A stretch of DNA of 64,000 bases from Candidatus Poribacteria bacterium (GTDB lineage Bacteria; Poribacteria; WGA-4E; WGA-3G). The notes below the pieces were generated by a model that ran no database searches, was not told the origin of the DNA, and was given only the letters and a program-made list of their open reading frames with translations. Position numbers and translations under genes: made by a program. This document shows positions 40,015 to 50,775 of this stretch, one piece after another (position 1 is the stretch's first letter; every line of letters begins with the position of its first letter). Location of the stretch: the NCBI GenBank assembly GCA_965214095.1, contig OZ243938.1, forward strand, positions 4,864,001 through 4,928,000, in the 5' to 3' direction.

Positions 40015-40776
40015 ATGAAATCAACAAATGGACAACTATTAGCTGCCTATCAGAATAATGGATACTTGACTGGCATACATATCGCTGATGACTCTGAGGC
40101 AACGCAGTACCGAAAAGAATATGACGCATTAGAAGCAAAAGTCGGCAAAGAAAAATGCGAAATCGGACTCATTGATTGGCATTTTGATTACGAGTTTATA
40201 TGGCAAATATCCATTCACCCTAAAATCCTTGATGTAATTGAAGAACTCATCGGACCTGATGTAATGCTATTAGCAACACACTTTTTCTGCAAGTATGGTC
40301 CACGAGAAAAATTCGTTGCTTGGCATCAGGATGTAACCTATTGGGGATTGGAACCACCGGATGCTGTCACTTCATGGTATGCAATTGATGACAGCGATGT
40401 TGGTAATGGGTGTATGCAAGTGATACCGGGCAGCCATAACAAAGGTATCCAAGAACACGGCAAATCTGAACAGGAAGGTAATCTACTAAGTATCAATCAG
40501 GAAGTTCCTGTAACAGAAGATATGGCAAACACGGCAGTTGATTTGGTATTGAAAGCAGGTGAGATGTCAATACATCACGGTCAGATTATTCATGGAAGTC
40601 TACCAAACCATTCTACGCGCAGACGTTGTGGTCTGACAATACGTTACATCTCTCCATCAGTTAGGCAAGCAGAAGATAATTCGTTGAAAAGACCTTGGAA
40701 ACCTATTCTGTTGCGAGGCGAAGATCGTCACCAAAATTTCACAACTGTCTCTAATCCTTTCCCGCTAACCCATTAG
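40015..40776 (+). CDS. PhyH family Fe(II)/2OG dioxygenase
   Basis: AAGGA RBS. WHQDVTYW, NGCMQVIPGSH, HGS.PN.S.RRR.G motifs. Confidence 0.9.
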   Translation: MKSTNGQLLAAYQNNGYLTGIHIADDSEATQYRKEYDALEAKVGKEKCEIGLIDWHFDYEFIWQISIHPKILDVIEELIGPDVMLLATHFFCKYGPREKFVAWHQDVTYWGLEPPDAVTSWYAIDDSDVGNGCMQVIPGSHNKGIQEHGKSEQEGNLLSINQEVPVTEDMANTAVDLVLKAGEMSIHHGQIIHGSLPNHSTRRRCGLTIRYISPSVRQAEDNSLKRPWKPILLRGEDRHQNFTTVSNPFPLTH

Positions 40777-40799
40777 ATTATATTTAATCTGCTACTAAT

Positions 40800-40919
40800 G
40801 GAGTGTCCATTCGGATATTGTAGGTCGGGTAGAGGAACGAAACCCGACTTTATTGATGATAAATGGCTGCAGTCGGGTAGAGGAACGAAACCCTACCTAC
40901 AAGATTAGTATAGACAGAA
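40800..40919. repeat. Element with two GTCGGGTAGAGGAACGAAACCC REP units
   Basis: Reverse-complement copy at 49221-49341, with shared flanks GGAGTGTCCATTCGGA and ACAAGATT.GT.TAG.CAGAA. Confidence 0.75.
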
Positions 40920-40940
40920 CACTAATACATAGGAAAATAA

Positions 40941-42062
40941 ATGCATTCACACATCTATGATGTCATCGTGATCGGCGCAGGTGGCATGGGAAGTGCAACC
41001 GCATATCACCTTGCCAAGTCTGGTGCAAAGGTACTTGTATTAGAGCAGTTCAATCGTAGACATACTTATGGTAGTTCACACGGTGAAACACGTATCATCC
41101 GATTCTTCTACGACAAACCTTTCTACACAGAATTGATGAAAACCGCATACACCGAATGGCGATCGCTTGAATCAGAATCTGGCAAGCAACTACTATATAT
41201 TACAGGTAGTGTCAATCTTGGGACAAAAGGGAATAAGTATACTACAGCCGTAAGTAAAAGCTTAGATGAAGCAGGAGTCAACTATGAGTGGTGGCATACA
41301 AAAGAATTGACGAAACGATTTCCACAATTCTGTGTTCCAGACAATTATGATATTCTCTGGCAAAAGGACACAGGTTTTCTCTATGCTTCTGAATGTGTGT
41401 TAACCCATTTGGCATTAGCAGAACGACACGGTGCAATTGTACGTGAAAACACACCTGTGAAGAGGATTGATTGGCAAACAGATGCGCCAACCATACATAC
41501 TGAAAAGGATAAATATTTTGGCAGAAAGGTTGTCTTGACTGCAGGTGCGTGGACTTATTCTCTCCTATCAGAACTTAACCTTCCACTTACAGTGACAAAG
41601 CAGCAGGTGTGTTATTTCAAACCCACTAATACAACACTGTTTCAACCTAACAATTATCCTGTCTTCACAGAAATTACAGCAGATGATGAATTTATATATG
41701 GGATGCCATATTTCGGAAAGAACGGAGCAAAGGTGGCACGGCATGGATTAGGAAAGCCCTTTTTACCTGATATGTTTGAACGAGAACCTGATGAAGATTA
41801 TGACAAACACATAAATGATTATGTGCAAGAACGTATCCCAAGTCTCGGTAAAGCAACCCATTCTGAAGTATGTCTATATACCGAAACACCAGACGAAGAT
41901 TTCATAATTGACGCACATCCTGATTGTCCAAATGTTCTGATCGCAGCAGGGTTTTCAGGACACGGATTTAAGTTCTGTTCTCTTGTGGGTAGGATTATGT
42001 GTGAGTTGGCATTGACTGGCAAAACCGAGTTTGACATCAACCCATTCCGTATTCATCGCTAA
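40941..42062 (+). CDS. solA: Monomeric sarcosine oxidase / N-methyltryptophan oxidase family
   Basis: GAGGMGSA, GSSHGETRIIR, CLYTETPDEDFIID, GFSGHGFKF motifs. Confidence 0.88.
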   Translation: MHSHIYDVIVIGAGGMGSATAYHLAKSGAKVLVLEQFNRRHTYGSSHGETRIIRFFYDKPFYTELMKTAYTEWRSLESESGKQLLYITGSVNLGTKGNKYTTAVSKSLDEAGVNYEWWHTKELTKRFPQFCVPDNYDILWQKDTGFLYASECVLTHLALAERHGAIVRENTPVKRIDWQTDAPTIHTEKDKYFGRKVVLTAGAWTYSLLSELNLPLTVTKQQVCYFKPTNTTLFQPNNYPVFTEITADDEFIYGMPYFGKNGAKVARHGLGKPFLPDMFEREPDEDYDKHINDYVQERIPSLGKATHSEVCLYTETPDEDFIIDAHPDCPNVLIAAGFSGHGFKFCSLVGRIMCELALTGKTEFDINPFRIHR

Positions 42063-42081
42063 ACTATATACGAGATATCTA

Positions 42082-44145
42082 CTATTTCAGACCGGGAATT
42101 TTTGATTTAAGTTCATTAATCTGATCGCGTAACGACGCTGCAAGTTCAAATTCAAGGTCTATTGCAGCCTTGTGCATCTGGCGGGTTAGATCATCAATTC
42201 TCGCTATAATATCTTCTTCATTTGTTTCTTCTACTACAGCTACTGGGGCAATATCTTCGGGTTTACTCGTAATGTATTCCTCCGTAGATTCAGAGATGAG
42301 TTGTTCAATCGCTTTCTGAATTGTAACAGGAGTAATATCATTTTCCTCGTTATATTTCAATTGTATGTCGCGTCTACGTTGTGTTTCTGCCATCGCATCT
42401 GCCATTGCTTCAGTGACAGTATCACCATATAACAGCACTTCTCCATCAACATTTCGCGCAGCACGACCCGATGTCTGAACCAATGATGTGACTGACCTAA
42501 GGAAACCGGGACGATCAGCATCCAATATCGCCACGAGAGAGACTTCAGGAAGGTCAAGTCCTTCACGTAGTAGGTTGATACCGATAAGAACATCAAATTC
42601 ACCTTCACGAAGTTGACGTAATATACGGGCACGGTCAAATACATCTATCTCAGAATGCAAGTAGTTTGCACGGATACCTGCCTCAATAAAATACTCACTT
42701 AAGTCCTCTGCCATCCGTTTGGTAAGCGTTGTAACAAGTACACGCTGTTTCTGCTTCACACGTTCATGTATCTTACCGATAAGATGGTCAATCTGTCCAC
42801 TGACAGGATGTACAGAAATTTGAGGATCAATCAGTCCTGTCGGACGTATGATCTGTTCTACGATTTGTCCACCACCTTTTTCCTCAATCTCATATTTACC
42901 GGGTGTGGCAGATACAAATATAACCTGATCCCAATAGGCTTCTACCTCTTCAAACTTGAGTGGTCGGTTGTCTAATGCTGAGGGTAAACGGAAACCGTGC
43001 TCTACGAGTGTTGTTTTTCTCGCACGGTCTCCACGATACATGCCTTTCAATTGTGGAATTGTAACATGAGATTCATCAATGAAAAGTAGAAAATCTTCTG
43101 GAAAGTAATTTAGAAGACAGTACGGGGGTTCACCCTCTTGCAATCCAGATAAGTGGCGTGAGTAATTTTCTATACCAGAGCAGTAACCAACTTCACGTAG
43201 CATTTCCAAATCAAAACGTGTTCGTTGTTCAACGCGTTGTGCTTCTAACAGTTTATTCTCTTTCTCAAAAGTTGCTATACAATCGTGCAACTCAAGTTCA
43301 ATGTTGATAAGTGCTTCTTCAAATATATCAGCATCGGTCATAAAGTGTCTCGCGGGATATATTTCAAGAGTGTTCTGTTTTGTTAAGATTTCGCCTGTGG
43401 TAGTATCAATTTCACAAATTCTATCTACTTCATCACCAAAAAGTTCAATACGGAATGCGCTTTCACTATAAGCGGGAAACACCTCAATAACATCACCACG
43501 CACACGGAATGTCCCTTGCCAAAAATCCACATCGTTGCGAACATACTGAATAGATACCAAATCGCGCAGGAATTCATCGCGCCGAATCATCTTTCCGATT
43601 TCCAAATCAATTTTCTGACCTTCAAATTCGCGGGGTGAACCCAAACCATATATACATGAAACACTCGCAACAATCACAACATCACGTCGTGACATCAATG
43701 AAGCAGTAGATGCAAGTCGCATCCGAGTAATCTCCTCATTTATGCGAACATCTTTCTCTATAAACGTATCAGTAGATGGGATGTATGCTTCAGGTTGGTA
43801 GTACTCATAATCACTAACGAAATAGTGGACGGCGTTATGCGGAAAAAAGGATTTAAACTCATTATAGAGTTGGGCAGATAAGGTTTTGTTTGGAGAGATG
43901 ACGAGTGTGGGACGTTGCACATTTTGAATGACATTTGCCATCGTATACGTCTTACCAGACCCCGTCACACCGAGTAGTGTTTGCACTCTATCTCTACGTA
44001 AAATACCATTTGTCAATTTCTCTATCGCTGCAGGTTGATCGCCTTCTGGATCAAAATCGGAGACTAACTCAAACGGTTCTGTAGGAATCTCTGGGTTTAT
44101 ATTAATTGGAGATATTGAGGGACGTGCGTCAAAGTGTTCTCTCAT
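42082..44145 (-). CDS. uvrB: Excinuclease ABC subunit B
   Basis: GDQPAAI, GVTGSGKT, YYQPEAY beta-hairpin, DESH, LLREGLD motifs and a C-terminal UVR domain. Confidence 0.97.
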   Translation of the reverse strand: MREHFDARPSISPININPEIPTEPFELVSDFDPEGDQPAAIEKLTNGILRRDRVQTLLGVTGSGKTYTMANVIQNVQRPTLVISPNKTLSAQLYNEFKSFFPHNAVHYFVSDYEYYQPEAYIPSTDTFIEKDVRINEEITRMRLASTASLMSRRDVVIVASVSCIYGLGSPREFEGQKIDLEIGKMIRRDEFLRDLVSIQYVRNDVDFWQGTFRVRGDVIEVFPAYSESAFRIELFGDEVDRICEIDTTTGEILTKQNTLEIYPARHFMTDADIFEEALINIELELHDCIATFEKENKLLEAQRVEQRTRFDLEMLREVGYCSGIENYSRHLSGLQEGEPPYCLLNYFPEDFLLFIDESHVTIPQLKGMYRGDRARKTTLVEHGFRLPSALDNRPLKFEEVEAYWDQVIFVSATPGKYEIEEKGGGQIVEQIIRPTGLIDPQISVHPVSGQIDHLIGKIHERVKQKQRVLVTTLTKRMAEDLSEYFIEAGIRANYLHSEIDVFDRARILRQLREGEFDVLIGINLLREGLDLPEVSLVAILDADRPGFLRSVTSLVQTSGRAARNVDGEVLLYGDTVTEAMADAMAETQRRRDIQLKYNEENDITPVTIQKAIEQLISESTEEYITSKPEDIAPVAVVEETNEEDIIARIDDLTRQMHKAAIDLEFELAASLRDQINELKSKIPGLK

Positions 44146-44445
44146 TTTTGTCAAACAAATCTATATGGGAACTTGTCAAGTCTGTTGAGATTTAATAATA
44201 GCATCAGTATTGTATTAGTAGTATAGCATGTTATGCATTTTGTTTGTAAGAAAGTATAACTGAATGGGTATCTAAAGTTTTAGGTGAAATATCCCAGTAA
44301 CCATTGTAGTACCAAAAACTTTACACATCCGCTGAATGTGAAGTAGTATGGAAAATAAAGCTGATTAACACAATCTCTGCAATGCCTGGCCGATTCTCGT
44401 TTATGAATGATTGGTTTTCTATGTGGTATGCTCAGTTGACTGACA

Positions 44446-46641
44446 TTAATCAAAGACCCGTCGTATCAAAGATGAAAATGATATACCGCTTCCATCAACA
44501 AGTTGCGTATACATATATGTTCTGTTTCCATATCCATCAATGACACGTAGGTTAATGAGATTGTCTGCATATTTTGGATAATCAAATTCAACTGTTTTCT
44601 TCTTCTCACCATTCAATGTTAAGGCATCATGCAGAACATCATTTTTACCTCTATAGTTTTTATCCCATTCTTTTTGGTTTTCAACTGGATCCGGATACCT
44701 CTTAAAACCAGCAGGAGGACTTTCGCTCATTGGTTTTACCAATAAACGAACCTGTCTAATTCCATCAGCATCTTCAATCTTAAATCTGACTTTTCCTTTT
44801 GAATTTGAAAGTCTTTGAATTGATGTCTTAACATCATAGAATGTCCTATTAGCATTAAAATATTGGCTACAATTTAACCATGCAGCACTACTCTTGGATA
44901 ATTGCTTAGATTCTTCACTGTATGACATAAGATATGAAGGACTCCGATAATCGCGGTTTAATCCTATTGCTTCTCCAAACTTAGCTGCTATCTTATGCAC
45001 CGAATATTTGTTGAGTGGTGTCCGAACAACAATATTTCCGCCATATTCTCTAATTATATTATCCTTTACGAGTAGTTCCATTTCTCTTATCACTCGTTCC
45101 ATATCTCGTATGTTTTTACTAATATTTTCCACATCTGAAACTGTATATTTATTTTTATCTGATTTCTTTTCTATTTTTTCATCCATGATGACAAAATAAA
45201 AATTGTGGGTTAAATCAAAATGCTCTTGAATTTCCTTTTTCACTCTTGCTGTGGTGAATACATCATAGTAGTCATCAGCTGTTTTACCTTCAAATAAGTA
45301 TACTTTTGCAGATTCATTACTATTTTTTTCATATTTGAATGACTTTCGTCCATATCCGTGTCGTTCCATTTCATCTGCAAAATATGTCTGAAGGTCACTT
45401 AATAGTATATCAATTTTCTCTGGTATCTCTGCTTGTGGCAGACGGTTAGTAGGCAGAAAGTAAATAGGAATAACAGCATTTTGTATTGTTTCTTGTTTAG
45501 TAGGCAAATAGTCATCTATATTCCAGACTCGAATCACACCGTCATTACCGCCACCAGCGACAAACCGACCATCAGCAGATACATCAACACACTTCACCCA
45601 ATCGGAATGTCCTTTAATTGAAGTTATATGTTCACCATTTTCAACGGACCAAAATTCAATTTCGTTGCTACCTGCACTGATAATGACTTTGCCATCTGGA
45701 GTAAAAGCAAAATCATAGACATTTCCAGCTGGAATCGTGTTATAGTCTTGCCAACCAGGTGGATTGTACAATCTTATATCTCCTTTATTATCTGCAATTG
45801 CAAGGATAGGATTCTTCGGATCAGCTGAAAACTGTAGAGCATCAATCTTTCCAAACTTTCTATCTATAGAATTTTGTCTATCTAACAAAGATATAGAGGT
45901 AGTATTGATGACTTGATTACCATTAATCTCACGGATATTAACGCTGTAATTTATTGAATCTATAGTTGCCAATAACCTGCCATTTGGAGAAAATGTATGA
46001 TCTTTTTGAACAGTATTCCCTCTCAACTTAAAGAATTCTACAGGATTTGTTGGCTTACTTACATCCCATAATTCCAAACTTGGAGTTTCAATTGCTATGT
46101 GATTTCCATTTGGTGAATAAACCACCTTAAATCCCAGAACAGGTATTGAACTGATTAATGATACATCGGCAATATTCCATAACTTAACATTCGCTTCAAT
46201 ATCAACTAAATCTGAGATTGCAAGTATAGTCCCATCAGGTGAAAATGAAGCTGAACTACCACTAAATTCTGCTAAGGGTGTACCCGGATTATTGATATCC
46301 CACAGTTTGATTTTCTTTTCAGTGTTCATGTCATGGGTTCTACTTACTAATAAACTGGAGTTTGTCGGTGAAAATTCGACAGTTTGTGGGGTGCCTCCTT
46401 GAATCAATTCAGCGATAATTTCAGGTTTTTCCGAAACAACTGCATACTTCTGTCTAATATCATCTGGTATCTTTTCAGTTCTGGGAATATCTGGTGGAGG
46501 ACTATCGTTTCTTGATGAGAACCTGTCTATCAATTGTTTTCTGTCTTCCTCTTGCTGAATTATATCTATAATTATGTAGACAAATCCAAATAGGATGACA
46601 CACCCGACCAACAAAAGCGAAATGAAAACCTTGAATTTCAT
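44446..46641 (-). CDS. Membrane-anchored WD40 protein with C-terminal degenerate zinc-metallopeptidase-like domain
   Basis: N-terminal TM. WD40 repeats (GHSDWVKCVDVSADG...IRVWN). QTYFADEMERHGYGRKSF and AAKFGEAIGLNRD...LMSY. Confidence 0.75.
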   Translation of the reverse strand: MKFKVFISLLLVGCVILFGFVYIIIDIIQQEEDRKQLIDRFSSRNDSPPPDIPRTEKIPDDIRQKYAVVSEKPEIIAELIQGGTPQTVEFSPTNSSLLVSRTHDMNTEKKIKLWDINNPGTPLAEFSGSSASFSPDGTILAISDLVDIEANVKLWNIADVSLISSIPVLGFKVVYSPNGNHIAIETPSLELWDVSKPTNPVEFFKLRGNTVQKDHTFSPNGRLLATIDSINYSVNIREINGNQVINTTSISLLDRQNSIDRKFGKIDALQFSADPKNPILAIADNKGDIRLYNPPGWQDYNTIPAGNVYDFAFTPDGKVIISAGSNEIEFWSVENGEHITSIKGHSDWVKCVDVSADGRFVAGGGNDGVIRVWNIDDYLPTKQETIQNAVIPIYFLPTNRLPQAEIPEKIDILLSDLQTYFADEMERHGYGRKSFKYEKNSNESAKVYLFEGKTADDYYDVFTTARVKKEIQEHFDLTHNFYFVIMDEKIEKKSDKNKYTVSDVENISKNIRDMERVIREMELLVKDNIIREYGGNIVVRTPLNKYSVHKIAAKFGEAIGLNRDYRSPSYLMSYSEESKQLSKSSAAWLNCSQYFNANRTFYDVKTSIQRLSNSKGKVRFKIEDADGIRQVRLLVKPMSESPPAGFKRYPDPVENQKEWDKNYRGKNDVLHDALTLNGEKKKTVEFDYPKYADNLINLRVIDGYGNRTYMYTQLVDGSGISFSSLIRRVFD

Positions 46642-46702
46642 AATGATAACCTTGGCTATATAAGGGTATGGTCGGCTTATGATTTGACTTTGTAATTAAG
46701 GT

Positions 46703-49210
46703 CTAATGCTGATCACATATTTTGGTAGGTGCTTGTCCTTCAAGAAAGGGTTCGTTGCTAATGTTTTCAGGTGGACATTTGTCTTTATTACGTAGTAAAC
46801 CTGTGATTTTGTCAATTTCCCAGAACTCAATTCCTTCAGGCACAGTAAATGGTTTCTCAGGTCCTCTTGAAGCATCTTTCATAAACCGTGCCCAAATCGG
46901 TAGTGCTGCCTTAGCACCTTCTTCATTATAGTTGTGTCTATTACGTCTATACACATCAAAGCCTACCCAAACACCAACAACCAAATCCGTACTATACCCA
47001 ACAAACCAAGCGTCCACATTTTTATTTGTTGTTCCTGTCTTACCTGCAATTGGACGAGTAATCATATAATCAAAACTTGATGAAATAGCTCTACGACCTG
47101 TTCCATGTTTTATCACACTTTCTAAAAAAGTATGTATTTGATATGCAACTCTTTCATCTAAAACTCGTGTGCGATCTGGTTGAAATTCATAAACAGGTTT
47201 TCCATCAGCGTCCACGATATACTTGATGTAACTTGGCTCAACAAGCATACCACGATTTGCAAAGACGCCATACGCTGCAGTTAATTCAAGCACGGTCATA
47301 CCTGATGCACCTAAAGTCAGTGCTGGCGTCGGTTGCATAGGACTTTCTATACCCATTCTTTTCGTTAAATTGACAATCCTATCAATACCTTCCCATAAAC
47401 CTTTGTCATTCACTGGCGTATTTAATGCTGCCTTTGCTGTCGGAACATTGATTGATTTCTTTATAACCTCTCGAACCGTAAGAGGTCCTTTAAAGGTTCT
47501 ACTATAATTCCTGGGATGCCATTTTTTCTGACCGGGAGCAGGAACGATACCCCAAATGTCATCAATTAGAATCGTTGCAGGAGTAACAATCGATGGTTCT
47601 TCCATCAATGCAGCGAAGACAATAGGCTTAAACGCGGAACCCGGTTGTCTCCGAGCAGGATCTCTCTTGTTTCCAACAGTTCTATTGAAAAAATTTATGT
47701 CAGATTCATTATTCCTTTTTTCTTCATTTATCTTATAATCTCGTCCTCCAACCATTGCCTTCACTGCACCAGAATGTGGGTCAAACGCTATAAAACCTGC
47801 TTGTAAATAACTTTTTATAGGATCTATCCTATTAGCTTTTACTTTGTTCGCATCGTAATTTGGTAATCTACTAAACTTGTCTAATTCTCGTAAGTGATTT
47901 CCAACAGCTTTCGTAGCAACTGATTGCATAGACATGTCAATAGTCGTGTAAACCTTTAATCCTTCTTTATACAGACTCGATTGAAGTTCAGGTATTTTAT
48001 CAAGTTCTGACTTTATATGATTGATAAAGTGACCTGCTAAATCCCGATTATTATTTAGAATTGACGATTCCGGTTGATTCACTCCCAAAGGTTGATTCCG
48101 ACTATGTTCATATTCCTTTTGTGTTATAAAACCTTGTGTATACATTGCTTTGAGGACAACATTACGCCGAGAGATAGCATTCTTAGGATTTCTTATTGGA
48201 GAAAATTGTGTTGTTCCCTTTGGTAAGGCAGCAAGCAATGCACATTCATGAAAATCAAGCTCAGATACTTCCTTCCCAAAGAATTCCATAGCAGCTTTTT
48301 GTATGCCGAATAGTTGACGACGATTGAACCGTCCAAAGTCAATGAAATTGAGATATGCTTCTAAAATTTGATCCTTTGACAACGACTTTTCAATTCTGAA
48401 TGCCAACAATATTTCACGAGTTTTTCTCGCAGGTGTGCGTTCATCTCCCAGATAGACGTTCCGTGTTAGCTGCTGCGTTAACGTACTGGTTCCACTGACA
48501 CGATCCCCACCTTGTAAAGAATATACAATCGCTCCAGCGAGTCGAATAATGTCAATTCCAGAATGCTGATAGAACCTTCTGTCTTCAATTGCAATAAACG
48601 CATCCTTCAATTTATTTGGCATTTCACCAAGCGGAATGATTCTTCGGGTAGTACCTCCCTCATCAGCAGCAAATTCATCAAGGAGTTCCGGTTCAAGATA
48701 GAATTCTCTTATTGAAATACCGTCCACATTCCTTATAGCTTCAATCTTACCACTCTTTATTCTTAACGTTATTCGTTTTGGTTCTGTTTCTTCTTTCATT
48801 AGAGGGTAATCAAACTGTCGTGTGAACAATTGAATTGTTCCATTCTGTTTATGTGTTTCTCCACTTAATTGCACCAGAAATTGTCCTTGATCGTTGATAC
48901 CACTTGCATCTGGTGCCACTTTTTCGTAATCTAATCGTTCTAACTTATCTACCAGAAAATCTGCCGTATCTTTCAACTGCACTTCACAAATTGAGGAATA
49001 TACCTCAAGATGTTGTCTCCAAGTGTGTGCGTCCTGCTTGTATTCTAATTTCTGTAAATTGAGAGATGCCACATCCTCCCAACATCCAAGCATAAAACCA
49101 CCTGCCACACCTATTCCAAAGCAGATGACAAAAAAGATAATAATGACTGGGACAAATGTAACACTTAATAATACATTGAGTGTATGTGATAGGAAATTTC
49201 GTATATTCAT
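46703..49210 (-). CDS. Class A penicillin-binding protein (transglycosylase-transpeptidase), PBP1A/1B type
   Basis: EDRRFYQHSGID, STLTQQL, RK.RE, SAFK, SIN, KTGT motifs. The start is probably ATG 49210 because the longer ORF reads through a repeat. Confidence 0.93.
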   Translation of the reverse strand: MNIRNFLSHTLNVLLSVTFVPVIIIFFVICFGIGVAGGFMLGCWEDVASLNLQKLEYKQDAHTWRQHLEVYSSICEVQLKDTADFLVDKLERLDYEKVAPDASGINDQGQFLVQLSGETHKQNGTIQLFTRQFDYPLMKEETEPKRITLRIKSGKIEAIRNVDGISIREFYLEPELLDEFAADEGGTTRRIIPLGEMPNKLKDAFIAIEDRRFYQHSGIDIIRLAGAIVYSLQGGDRVSGTSTLTQQLTRNVYLGDERTPARKTREILLAFRIEKSLSKDQILEAYLNFIDFGRFNRRQLFGIQKAAMEFFGKEVSELDFHECALLAALPKGTTQFSPIRNPKNAISRRNVVLKAMYTQGFITQKEYEHSRNQPLGVNQPESSILNNNRDLAGHFINHIKSELDKIPELQSSLYKEGLKVYTTIDMSMQSVATKAVGNHLRELDKFSRLPNYDANKVKANRIDPIKSYLQAGFIAFDPHSGAVKAMVGGRDYKINEEKRNNESDINFFNRTVGNKRDPARRQPGSAFKPIVFAALMEEPSIVTPATILIDDIWGIVPAPGQKKWHPRNYSRTFKGPLTVREVIKKSINVPTAKAALNTPVNDKGLWEGIDRIVNLTKRMGIESPMQPTPALTLGASGMTVLELTAAYGVFANRGMLVEPSYIKYIVDADGKPVYEFQPDRTRVLDERVAYQIHTFLESVIKHGTGRRAISSSFDYMITRPIAGKTGTTNKNVDAWFVGYSTDLVVGVWVGFDVYRRNRHNYNEEGAKAALPIWARFMKDASRGPEKPFTVPEGIEFWEIDKITGLLRNKDKCPPENISNEPFLEGQAPTKICDQH

Positions 49211-49220
49211 AACTAAATAA

Positions 49221-49341
49221 TTCTGCCTACACCAATCTTGTAGGTCGGGTAGAGGAACGAAACCCGACATGCACCCATTTATCATCAACAAAGGCGGGTG
49301 TCGTGCCTCCACCCGACGAACAATGTCCGAATGGACACTCC
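49221..49341. repeat. Inverted copy of the 40800-40919 element
   Basis: Shared flanks and spacer. Confidence 0.75.
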
Positions 49342-49347
49342 AATAGA

Positions 49348-49968
49348 CTAAGGTGTGCGATCTATATTTGTCTTTCTGACTCTTTTTATTAGACAACCAA
49401 TCGCACGCGTTTTTTTCTGCTTATCTGGGACTGTTTTACCTTCTAATACCAGATCCAGATTAGACCGTAAATGTTGCGTCTTAGGATCTTGTCGGCTATC
49501 GTCAATCGCACCTCGATATCTGAGTATCTTCTTAGAATCTATGAGAAAGACTTCTGGAGTTCTGCGTGCATTAAAATAGTCTGCTATAACATTGTCAGTA
49601 TCCTTGAGTATTGTGAACGCAAACTTATGTTTTTTTGTATACTCTTTTATTTCCTCTATCTTTTCATGTTTATTTGAATGGATTCCGACTATCTGAACAG
49701 CTTTCTCCTTGTAAACATTATATAAAGTATTGATACGGACAACATAATCATCTACTACTGGACACTGTGTTGCCAAGAATATGAGTAAAATTGCCTTCTT
49801 CTCTTCACACAACTTTTCAAATGAATGCAGTTTGTCTTCTGTATCTTTAAGACTCCAATCTTTGACCTGTTCATCAATTTTGACCGACTCTTTATCTTTT
49901 TCTGATGCAAACGTTAAACAGGTAATAAACATTACAAGTCCTAAAATAGTAATTGACTTCCATATCAT
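49348..49968 (-). CDS. Exported redoxin (AhpC/TSA-like thioredoxin fold) protein
   Basis: Signal peptide. TQCPVV, ARRTPEVF, YRGAIDD, AIGC.IK motifs. Confidence 0.85.
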   Translation of the reverse strand: MIWKSITILGLVMFITCLTFASEKDKESVKIDEQVKDWSLKDTEDKLHSFEKLCEEKKAILLIFLATQCPVVDDYVVRINTLYNVYKEKAVQIVGIHSNKHEKIEEIKEYTKKHKFAFTILKDTDNVIADYFNARRTPEVFLIDSKKILRYRGAIDDSRQDPKTQHLRSNLDLVLEGKTVPDKQKKTRAIGCLIKRVRKTNIDRTP

Positions 49969-49995
49969 AGCAATTCCTTTGTAAAAAAAACAAAC

Positions 49996-50742
49996 TCACG
50001 TTATTTTTGACAAAAAATCAGTTAATTCATGTAAATGATTGAGTTGGACATCAACAGCAGACAAATCAGGACATTCTTTTTGTTCATTACCAACCATCCA
50101 AGCTGTCCACAATCCGACCCGTTTAGCTCCAACCATATCGGCACTATAACTATCACCTACGTAGATTGCTTCAGATGGAATAACGTCTAAATCTGTTAAG
50201 GCAGCATTGAAAATACGTGGATCAGGTTTTGCTACACCAAAGGCAGTAGAATCAATAATCACATCCAGCAATGGAGTCAGTTGATATTCATCACACCAGC
50301 CCTTTGTATTACCAAAATTATTACTAATTACACCAAGCATATAGTTGCCATATAGTGATTTCAGCCAAGCACGATTACTCGTTAGATTCTCAGTTACACC
50401 ACTGCAAAACCATTCTACATATTCATCTTTCAATTGATCGCTCAACTCAAGACGTTTAAATACCCCCGTTCCAATAGCATCCACTGTTTCACGTAGGCTG
50501 CATTTTGCAGCTTCACGGTTCGCTACTGCCCCCACGGGTAACATTGAACCGTCTTGATAAGACCATTCAACTGATGCATCACCGAATGCAAATTCAGAAA
50601 TTGTTGCACGATCTGCTTTGTCAAATTGATCACGTGTGATTTCAGGATGATGTTTTTGAATAAACTGATATGTTCGTTCCAGCCAATGGGTTCCGTTCGC
50701 ATCTAATGTTCCACCAAAATCAAATATTAATGCTTTTATCAT
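49996..50742 (-). CDS. HAD-family hydrolase
   Basis: FDFGGTL, ISN, KPDPRIF, VGDSYSADMVGA motifs. Confidence 0.88.
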   Translation of the reverse strand: MIKALIFDFGGTLDANGTHWLERTYQFIQKHHPEITRDQFDKADRATISEFAFGDASVEWSYQDGSMLPVGAVANREAAKCSLRETVDAIGTGVFKRLELSDQLKDEYVEWFCSGVTENLTSNRAWLKSLYGNYMLGVISNNFGNTKGWCDEYQLTPLLDVIIDSTAFGVAKPDPRIFNAALTDLDVIPSEAIYVGDSYSADMVGAKRVGLWTAWMVGNEQKECPDLSAVDVQLNHLHELTDFLSKIT

Positions 50743-50775
50743 ATATTGTATGTCATTCCTTGTATGAATTTATGA

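Noticed and set aside
49211-49396. 62-aa N-terminal extension of the PBP
   Set aside because: It reads through a REP-containing element and overlaps the upstream gene. ATG 49210 gives a normal cytoplasmic tail plus TM.
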